A stretch of DNA of 64,000 nt from a virus (lineage: Duplodnaviria > Caudoviricetes), in the IMG/VR virus record IMGVR_UViG_3300028454_000171, positions 2,540-66,539 of that record, one strand, 5' to 3'. The notes under the pieces are model-generated. The model had not been told where the DNA came from. It did not search any database and was given only the letters and a program-made list of their open reading frames with translations. The position numbers were made by a program, and so were the translations under genes. Below are positions 57,047-64,000 of the stretch, piece after piece (position 1 is the first letter of the stretch; the number at the start of each line of letters is the position of its first letter).

Positions 57047-57570
57047 TTGAGAAGGGCATGACGATAAAAGATGCTGCCCATCAGTGGGTGCGCGAGTTTG
57101 ATGCAATCCAGCAGGGCCTGATTAAGAAACTGATGGATGCCGAGCCCGATGACTGGAATGAGATCACGCTGCCGGTCGCAGGAAACCGGGTGTACGTCTA
57201 TGACGAGCAGAATAGCGGTGAGGTCATCAAGCAGGGCAAGAGTAAAGACAAGTTCCGTGTCAAGCTGGACAGCGGCAAAGAAATCTGGGTCAAGAAGGGC
57301 GACTTCGATATTGAGTTTGATGAACGCCTTCCGATGTGGGGAACGATGTGGTCGTTCAGTGATTCGCTCGATACGCATTGGCTTGAGGAGGAAGATGGGC
57401 TTGAGGCCATGTCCGAATGCGGGTTCAGAATTTTTGAGAGCGAGGAGTTCGGCTGTTTCTTCGGTATTGATGGCGCTGGCTACGATTTTTATGAGGCTCA
57501 TTGGATTCCGCTCTACAAGGCTCGTGGCCTGAAGTGGCATGACCCGGAAACGGAGGTGAAAGCATCGTGA
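57043..57570 (+). CDS. Hypothetical protein
   Basis: Coupled ORF; FGIDGAGYDFYEAHWIPLY. Confidence 0.7.
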   Translation: MIEKGMTIKDAAHQWVREFDAIQQGLIKKLMDAEPDDWNEITLPVAGNRVYVYDEQNSGEVIKQGKSKDKFRVKLDSGKEIWVKKGDFDIEFDERLPMWGTMWSFSDSLDTHWLEEEDGLEAMSECGFRIFESEEFGCFFGIDGAGYDFYEAHWIPLYKARGLKWHDPETEVKAS

Positions 57571-59945
57571 GACTGAAGAACGCAGATGGACTTCTGCTGA
57601 AGAACATCTGGGCGTTCCTCGAAACCAGCGGGCGGCATGACCTGTCCGCTGGTCTTCGGGAACTGCTCGACAGATATGAGAAAGACAAGGCAGAGGTTCA
57701 GGCAGCTAACCGTAGACGTGCGCTGGAAAATCGAAAAGCGGGGTATACCTGGCCGTCCGTGCCTGTCCCGAAGACCAGCAAGTATTACGGGAAGGAGGCG
57801 GGGACGCATGAGTAAGAAGGAGTGGGCAGTCCTGATATTTTTCGTGGTGTTGCTGGTAGCTAGCTTTTCCGTTGGTGTAGCAATCTCGAATGACTGCCAT
57901 AGAATTCGTGGATTGCTGTGAGGAGGGTAAAAGATGGACAGGGTTTTGATGACGCAGGATGATGTGAAGATGCTGTTTGAATGGCTGCAAAAGCACAAGG
58001 CGCAGGTTCGTAAGTTTCCATGTCCGCTGAAAGCAGTTGAGATAGTGCTTACACATAATGCGATACGGATAAAGGGCATCCGCGATGGCAAGTGGCTGAA
58101 GCTCTATGTGTACCGTGGCAATGAGAACCTGGGCAAGATGGAGTTCGAGATTGACTTTGAGGCCCAGCATCTGCTGTTACGTAAATGCACGACGATTTCA
58201 TGTGCGTGTATTTGGTTTAGGAGGGCAGTATGAAGCAGAGCATATATTATCATGGCGAGCCGAATGCCAAGTATGGCATTTGGAAAGATGGCTGGAAGTT
58301 TGAGGTTTGTGAGGACACGCCGATGTTGGCGATGGCTCGCCTGTACCAGAAAATCGGTCATGAGGCAAAGAAGTATGAGCCGAGAAGATTGCCGAAAGGA
58401 GGTCTGCCGAAATGATTGCGATGGAGCAGGAACCCGGCATGAAGGGGTTTACGGAATTGACGACATGGGCATTCCTGCAACCCGGCTCTGCTGCCAAGCC
58501 GAACATTACGGCGTTGAAGTTAGCAGTGGCAGACCTTTGTAGGATGGTGACGCAGAAGACAGCAGGGCAGAAACGCCCCGGTTCCGACAAAAAGTATTGC
58601 GAACGTGACCTGAGCGTTGCCGAGAATTTGGAGCGTGTGAAGTTTACGATTATTGCTGAGGCGACTCTGCTGGTTCTGTCGGGCAAATTGGATGAATTGA
58701 AGGAGGATGCAAAATGAAAGTCAGCATGGAAGAAAAGAAGGCCGAAGCCATCAAGCGGATGAAAATGCTGAAGCTGTTCCCGGAAGTAATCAGGCAGTTT
58801 GAGCAGGATGGTTTGGTCAGCCTGAGTTATCCGCCCTTCGGCGCTCACTTCTGGCTCGATGACGAGCAAAAGAAAATCGTGGCCGCATTCGAGAAAGAGA
58901 ACGATGCCTTGGTGTTCACCGGCATCCGCAGTTATACGAACATCGGCATGATGGATTCGTTCCTGTTCGTGAGCGATTATGCGGAGGAATGGGAGATGGA
59001 ACGGCAGGATTTCAAGAACAGCACTGCGCTGGCCTACGTCTACAATCACGCTATGCCGGACTGCTCTGAGATGGGCTGCATTGGCATTGCGCCTACGCCC
59101 GCAGCAGGACTTCGCCGGACGTGGTAAGGGAGGTGATGAAGAATGGCCGAATGGTGTTTGGCTCACCCGTGGATGACATTTATTTTGCTGCTGGTTTTGT
59201 TCAGCAGCTTGAAAATCCATTTCGGCGTCGGTGCTTGGCAAAAAGAAATTCGGCTTGCAAATCGCATTCACGAGCTTGAAGAAATTCTTTGCCCTTGCGA
59301 ACAGCACGATTGGGTGAAAGTTGGTCAGAAAATGGTTGGTGGTACAGGCCACGGTGACGAGCAGTGCATTGAACGGTATGTTTGTCGCAAATGCAAGAAA
59401 GAAAAGGAGATGTAATAGGCATGAGGTACATGGTGCGTTTTAGCAAATTGAGTTATGGGCAAGTGGAAGTCGAAGCAAAGTCTGAGGAGGAAGCGAAGAC
59501 GATTGCATCCGGCAAAGCAGTCGATTATTTCGATGAGGAAATCACGGATGTTACGGCAGAGCCGATAGGCATGATAAATGCCGATACGATTCGCCGGATG
59601 GATAATCGCGAACTCGCAGAATTTCTCGTGGAGCGTTGTGGATGTCCGCCTGACCGTGATTCTGATAAATGCACAACCGGCGCTTGCGATTCATGCTGGT
59701 GGCGGTGGCTGACGAAAAAAGCTGAAACTGGTAACGGCAGAACGTATACGGTAACAGAATGCTGCCCGCATTGCCAGAGTGAGATTGAAATGCGGTGGAA
59801 TACTGATACCGATGGCTTCAAAGCGTTTTGTCCGGTATGCGGCAATCGTCTTATGCTTTGCGATGAATGCAGTCATGCGGAAAACAGCAAAGGCTGCGAT
59901 TATGATACGCGGTCTGATAGCTGTCGTTATAGCAGGAAAAGCTGA
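57567..59945 (+). CDS. Run of small coupled hypothetical ORFs (57567-57815, 57808-57921, 57934-58233, 58230-58415, 58412-58717, 58714-59127, 59143-59415, 59421-59945)
   Basis: Overlapping start/stop codons and RBSs; no recognisable motifs except a zinc finger in the last. Confidence 0.6.
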
Positions 59946-60445
59946 TGATTTCCGTGTATGAGTATGCCCCCTTGAAAGGCTTCGAGGGGACGTATGAGGT
60001 CAACAGGCTTGGCGACATAAAGCGTGTAGGCAAGGAAAAGTCGATGAAGCAAAGGGTTGCCGATGGTTATAAAGTTGTCACGCTGAGTGTTGGTGGAAAA
60101 GCTCGGCAGTATCGGGTACAAACGCTCGTAGGTAGAACATTCCTGCGTCCGCTCGAAAAAGGCGAATGCTATTTTCACAAGAATGGCGACAAGCTGGATA
60201 ACTGGGTGAACAATTTGGAAATACGCACCATGCGTGATGTATACCGAGATATTGGTAAAAGCGGAACACGAGCAAGACCTGTTGAGCAGATTGATGAAAG
60301 TGGCAAGGTCATAGACAGTTTCAAAAGTGCGAAAGCAGCCAGCGAGGAACTGTTCCTATCCTTGCCGCAAGTTCTGCTCAGGCTCAATCGAAAAATGAAA
60401 AGAAAAATCCCACCGTTTTTGCGGTGGGCACAGGGGGTGAAATGA
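59945..60445 (+). CDS. NUMOD4/HNH homing endonuclease-like protein
   Basis: FEGTYEVNRLGDIK, HKNGDKLDNWVNNLE, RPVEQID...FKSAKAAS. Confidence 0.8.
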   Translation: MISVYEYAPLKGFEGTYEVNRLGDIKRVGKEKSMKQRVADGYKVVTLSVGGKARQYRVQTLVGRTFLRPLEKGECYFHKNGDKLDNWVNNLEIRTMRDVYRDIGKSGTRARPVEQIDESGKVIDSFKSAKAASEELFLSLPQVLLRLNRKMKRKIPPFLRWAQGVK

Positions 60446-60819
60446 TGAGTTATTCGAGAGGCGAGATTTATTTTGTGGAGAAGTTTAAGACATTTGGCTC
60501 CGAGCAGTGGTCTGGCAGACCGGGCATTATTGTGTCTGGTGATTTGAACCGGCATAACAGCACGGTAGTGATGGTGTATCTTACGACGCAGCCGAAACGT
60601 GAAATGATTACGCACATTCCGATTTATGCAACAGGGCTGCCGAGCATAGCGATATGCGAGCAGATTCATACCGTGGATTGCAGACGTTTGGGACGGTTTT
60701 GCGGGAAATGCAGTGAGGCTGAGATGAAAGCCATTGATGTGGCTTTGAAAGCATCGCTTGGTCTGAACAGGATAGAAAAGTGCCTGTTATGCGGGAAAGA
60801 AACGGTATGCAAAGTTTAG
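60442..60819 (+). CDS. PemK/MazF-like endoribonuclease
   Basis: RGEIYFV...GSEQ..GRPGIIVS...EQIHTVD..RL. Confidence 0.85.
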   Translation: MMSYSRGEIYFVEKFKTFGSEQWSGRPGIIVSGDLNRHNSTVVMVYLTTQPKREMITHIPIYATGLPSIAICEQIHTVDCRRLGRFCGKCSEAEMKAIDVALKASLGLNRIEKCLLCGKETVCKV

Positions 60820-60820
60820 C

Positions 60821-61120
60821 TGTGTGCTTTCCCGGTGAACGCTGATGATAGCGCAGTTTTTTCCGAAGCACGCAATGATAATAACCACAAAGGCTCAGAG
60901 AATATCGCTTCTACGGCATGTAAATAATTTTTGAATAATCTCCTTTAGGCCACAGTCATAAAAACAACCAGACGCGCACCAGTAGCCCCCACAGGCTCTC
61001 AAAATTTCAGCCCGTGGACATTTACCTCTCGCCAGCACTCCTAGTGAAATTTTTTGAAAATAATTCGGAAAAACTATTGCAATATACAGATAGCGTGTTA
61101 AGATGAAGTCAAGATAAATC
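60821..61120 (+). repeat. Repeat R, copy 3, with promoter at 61,077-61,104
   Basis: Same conserved blocks as copies 1 and 2. Confidence 0.88.
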
Positions 61121-61154
61121 ATACAACAAGCCAGACGAGAGGAGCGCGATTGAC

Positions 61155-61421
61155 ATGACTAGCCCGATGATTACTGAGGTTCGCAAGTGGAATTCCATGA
61201 GCGTCAGAAACGTATGCGTAAACAATGACCTCTACACCTGCGGATGCAACGAGGACTACATCCGGCTGCTGGATGAAGTAAATCTCATGGAGCCGACGAA
61301 GGAAAACATCTACCGCGTGGCAACCGACATCGTAAAGCATAGCGATGAGCAGACCGTATCAAACGTGATGTTCCTGCTGGCCAATCAGGCTGTGACAGTT
61401 TCCTTCGCGATAGCAGAATGA
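61155..61421 (+). CDS. Small hypothetical protein upstream of HH3
   Basis: Stop codon abuts the ribozyme. Confidence 0.7.
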   Translation: MTSPMITEVRKWNSMSVRNVCVNNDLYTCGCNEDYIRLLDEVNLMEPTKENIYRVATDIVKHSDEQTVSNVMFLLANQAVTVSFAIAE

Positions 61422-61484
61422 GCCGAAACCAGCCGAAAGGCTGGTCAGCCGGAACTGACCTACCGGCTCTGACGATGGCAGGTC
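61422..61484 (+). ncRNA. Type II hammerhead ribozyme HH3 (predicted cleavage after 61,446)
   Basis: GAAAC, stem III CAGCC/GGCTG, GTC, stem I AGCCGG/CCGGCT, CTGACGA, pseudoknot GACCT/AGGTC. Confidence 0.93.
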
Positions 61485-61529
61485 GTAAGACTTCTAGTAA
61501 AATTTCTTGAAAATATTTCGGAAAAACTA

Positions 61530-61557
61530 TTGCAATATACAGATAGCGTGTTAAGAT
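61530..61557 (+). promoter_or_regulatory. Repeated promoter TTGCAA-16-TAAGAT with extended -10
   Basis: Identical core to the other copies. Confidence 0.85.
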
Positions 61558-61608
61558 GAAGACAAGATAAATCATAACCACTCAACAGAACGAAAGGCGG
61601 TAAGCAAA

Positions 61609-61797
61609 ATGAAAGACCACGAGCTGATGGAAATGATGGCAGCAATCGAGGAAATGAAGCGGAATGCAGAGCAGGTGGAACGCGAGAACGCATTGTACGA
61701 AATGAACCTGCAAGTAGCTGCTGACAGGCTCGAATCTTATGAGTACGGCAGCGAGGAGTACGAGAACAGCATGAACAGCTACCGTGCAATGTTCTGA
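61609..61797 (+). CDS. Small acidic hypothetical protein
   Basis: First ORF after the promoter. Confidence 0.65.
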   Translation: MKDHELMEMMAAIEEMKRNAEQVERENALYEMNLQVAADRLESYEYGSEEYENSMNSYRAMF

Positions 61798-61820
61798 TAG
61801 ATGGTAAGGAGGCGGCGGCA

Positions 61821-62108
61821 ATGAAGACCTTGACGATGCGCGAATATCTTGACCAGAAGACAGCATTCATCAACAAGCATTATGGCACCCGTGGCGGTCG
61901 CGAAAGCAGCGGTGTGGAGGGAGAAACCATCCGCAAGACGGTATGCTTCGAAGATGGTCATGCGTGGGAAGAAATCACGGAGCCTGTGTACGAGATGGTG
62001 GAAGTCGAGAAGCATGGCATGAAGCTCTTAGTGCAGGTCAAGTTTTACCGCACCGAAATATGGGATTCCGACAATCCCAGAAGCAGATATTATTATGAGC
62101 CAGCATAA
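61821..62108 (+). CDS. Small hypothetical protein upstream of HH4
   Basis: AAGGAGG RBS; stop 2 nt before the ribozyme. Confidence 0.7.
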   Translation: MKTLTMREYLDQKTAFINKHYGTRGGRESSGVEGETIRKTVCFEDGHAWEEITEPVYEMVEVEKHGMKLLVQVKFYRTEIWDSDNPRSRYYYEPA

Positions 62109-62110
62109 AA

Positions 62111-62166
62111 TCGAAACAGGGCGTTGGCCCTGTCCAGGGATGGTAGCGCTTCCCTGCTGATGATGA
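62111..62166 (+). ncRNA. Type II hammerhead ribozyme HH4, divergent sequence (predicted cleavage after 62,134)
   Basis: TC-GAAAC-AGGGC/GCCCT-GTC-CAGGGA/TCCCTG-CTGATGA-T-GA; stem II only 2 bp. Confidence 0.82.
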
Positions 62167-62194
62167 CAGCTTATGCGTGGCACTTCTGCAATAG

Positions 62195-62336
62195 CTTGAT
62201 TCTGCCGCTTCTTGAAAGGAAGACTGGCGGAAATTGCCTAGTAGCTTTTCGGTACTTTTCAGGAAGCATCTACGGGGCAGGGTAACACTTGGAGAAAAGG
62301 ACGCGCCAGCCGGTGCGAAGTCATTCCGGCACGAAA
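62195..62336 (+). ncRNA. Unassigned conserved structured element, copy B
   Basis: See copy A at 39,727-39,876. Confidence 0.6.
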
Positions 62337-62401
62337 GGTAAGGCCCTTTCAGCACAACAGCTCGACAGAGGGTAAAAGGTTAGATTGCGGGTCTGGGCGT
62401 A

Positions 62402-62425
62402 TAGGCAAATCCGGCAAACTGTCAA
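62402..62425 (+). other. attR-like phage/host junction (attP left arm plus TCAA core)
   Basis: GCAAATCCGGCAAACTG-TCAA joins directly into host codons GTC AAT GCT GCC. Confidence 0.85.
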
Positions 62426-62876
62426 TGCTGCCAATGAAAGCCTGCTTGGGGGCGGTGGGGTGGACGGAGCCATACATCTAGCCGCCGGGCCGGAACTTCT
62501 GGCAGAGTGCCGTAAGCTGAACGGCTGTAAGACGGGGCAGGCAAAGATTACCAAGGCATACAGATTGCCATGCGAATATGTCATCCATACAGTAGGCCCG
62601 GTATGGCATGGTGGGAGCCACGGTGAAGCGGAACTGCTGACTGGCTGCTATCGGCATTCTCTGGAACTTGCCATGGAGCATGGTATTCGCAGCGTGGCTT
62701 TTCCATCAATCTCCACGGGTGTTTACTCTTATCCAGTGCAGCAGGCGGCGGAAATTGCGGTGCAGACAGTCAGAGAAGTAGTAACGGAGTACGCAGAAGC
62801 GTTCGATGAGATCTTGTGGGTATTGTTCGATGAGCGAACAAAGCTGGTGTATGATGGAGTGTTGCAGGGAGGCTGA
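62421..62876 (+). pseudogene. Host macro-domain (O-acetyl-ADP-ribose deacetylase/YmdB-like) gene, N-terminus removed by integration
   Basis: [39 protein letters not shown] present; GDIT...DAI N-terminus absent. Confidence 0.88.
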
Positions 62877-63054
62877 CAATTCAACATAATAACACCCCCC
62901 AGAGCAAAAAAATCTGGGGGGGATTGGGGCGTGAAAATCGGAAAGAGATGGTATTGTCGAGAAATTCTAATAAAAATTCCTGGAGCTTTTCGTTGTGGAA
63001 ATGATGCTGGGGAAGGCGTTTATGATAGTCGGGGCTTATTGTTTTTAGAGGATT

Positions 63055-63531
63055 CTAGCAATAATTTTCTTCGAAAATCGCCGCTGCTGTTGCACATAAA
63101 TCGGCACATGGGCGTACAGCATAGTATTCTTTGGTGCGTTTTGAGGGCGTTGGCTGGTCATGCTTTTGTTCTAATCCCAGCAACTCACGACATATGATGG
63201 AGCCTTTGCTCTCCTGGAATTGAAGGACAAGTTTTTGAGTTCTGCTGTACAATGCCTTTTTCTTTTCGTCATCTGGTGTGTCGTAGCCATCCGTTAATCC
63301 TATCAACAGGCATAAGGCTGAAACTGCACCACATACCTCACGGAGGCGGCTGATACCACCGCCCATTGGCGATGCCATTCGTAAAACGGTCTTGGCATCC
63401 AATCCCTTTTCCTGCAAATAATCCTCATAAGCAAGCAGAACTGACTGGGAGCAATTATAGCCAGAATTGAAATTGTCTTTAGCTTTTTTGCCACGAATTG
63501 ACTGTTCAATGTTCATGGTGGTGACCTCCAT
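63055..63531 (-). CDS. C-GCAxxG-C-C family redox protein (host)
   Basis: GYNCSQSV, MGGG...EVCGAVS, SIICRELL, C..LC pattern. Confidence 0.85.
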   Translation of the reverse strand: MEVTTMNIEQSIRGKKAKDNFNSGYNCSQSVLLAYEDYLQEKGLDAKTVLRMASPMGGGISRLREVCGAVSALCLLIGLTDGYDTPDDEKKKALYSRTQKLVLQFQESKGSIICRELLGLEQKHDQPTPSKRTKEYYAVRPCADLCATAAAIFEENYC

Positions 63532-63720
63532 TGTATATAAAATAATTGTGGATTATAATTGCTATTCTTTTCATAATGAACGAATATACACATACCGAAA
63601 GGGCAAACCCTAGACGACCGAAACGAACTTGAGAAGAGGAACCTTTCTTACATCGAAACATTCTAAGCCAAAAACAAACACGAGGCACCGCTCGAGAGGG
63701 CGGTGCTTTTGAGTGGAGAG

Positions 63721-63758
63721 TAGCATATCGGCAAAAATGGATTTTTGCCGATATGCTA
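63721..63758. repeat. 17-bp perfect inverted repeat in host intergenic DNA
   Basis: TAGCATATCGGCAAAAA-tgga-TTTTTGCCGATATGCTA. Confidence 0.7.
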
Positions 63759-64000
63759 CTATTTTGTTTAAACAACGAAGTTTTCGATAAAACAGTTTTA
63801 CTCATCCATGGTGGGCATATCGGACAAAGCAATATTATCATAGGCTCCGTTTTTCTTGTCCCGAGTTTGCCACGAAAATTTAAGAACGCCATCTAAAAAA
63901 GCTAGGAAAATCAATGGTTTTCCAGCTTTTTTTCATTTAATTGTGTTAAACTATTTAGTAGTCATATAAACATATAAAAGGGGGTGTCAGGCCATGTTCA

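Larger units (their letters stand above)
1..62425. mobile_element. Temperate myovirus-like prophage region (left end lies outside the window; right end at att junction ~62,422-62,425)
   Basis: Contiguous terminase-portal-capsid-sheath-baseplate-lysis-integrase-cI/cro-replication genes; junction into a truncated host macro-domain gene at 62,422. Confidence 0.95.

Noticed and set aside
34733-61557. CRISPR array suggested by recurring repeats
   Set aside because: Repeats are dispersed over kilobases, not regularly spaced with unique spacers; no cas operon (DUF2800 is a phage Cas4-like exonuclease)
62240-62336. Glycine riboswitch, hairpin ribozyme or twister identity for the structured element
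   Set aside because: Only isolated words match (TTTCAGG, GGAGA, CGAAG, TAACAC); their order and the required catalytic or binding residues do not fit
1-64000. A second DGR target (another VR)
   Set aside because: By-eye scan found the TR-like GAGTCTTCACC...GCGCTCGCGCCGG sequence only at VR and TR; a diverged remote VR, or one outside the window, cannot be excluded without a computed search

Overview
Almost the whole window (1 to ~62,425) is a temperate, contractile-tailed (myovirus-like) prophage region of a Firmicutes-type host. Host sequence resumes at ~62,422 inside an N-terminally truncated macro-domain gene. Gene order: degenerate tRNA-Lys, DNA methylase-like and ParB-like genes, packaging/head/tail/baseplate genes, a complete diversity-generating retroelement (target gene with VR, GGCA-loop hairpin, avd, TR, RT; 23 of 23 VR/TR mismatches fall at TR adenines), lysis genes, large serine integrase with cI/cro, a replication module, and an 8-kb accessory block. 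Four things are not explained by the gene list. (1) A 16.4-kb inversion (37,941-54,348) between inverted 12-bp cores flanked by att-like arms; it splits one gene in frame and turns the replication module away from the cro promoter. (2) An att-bounded 8.1-kb block whose two ends rejoin into a near-perfect 38-bp palindromic attP. (3) Four type II hammerhead ribozymes, each just after the stop codon of a small ORF in a cassette driven by a repeated strong promoter; two are followed by a shared, unassigned ~150-nt structured element. (4) An origin-like sequence present twice, once inside the tail operon. All alignments were done by eye and no database searches were run, so family names come from motif recognition.
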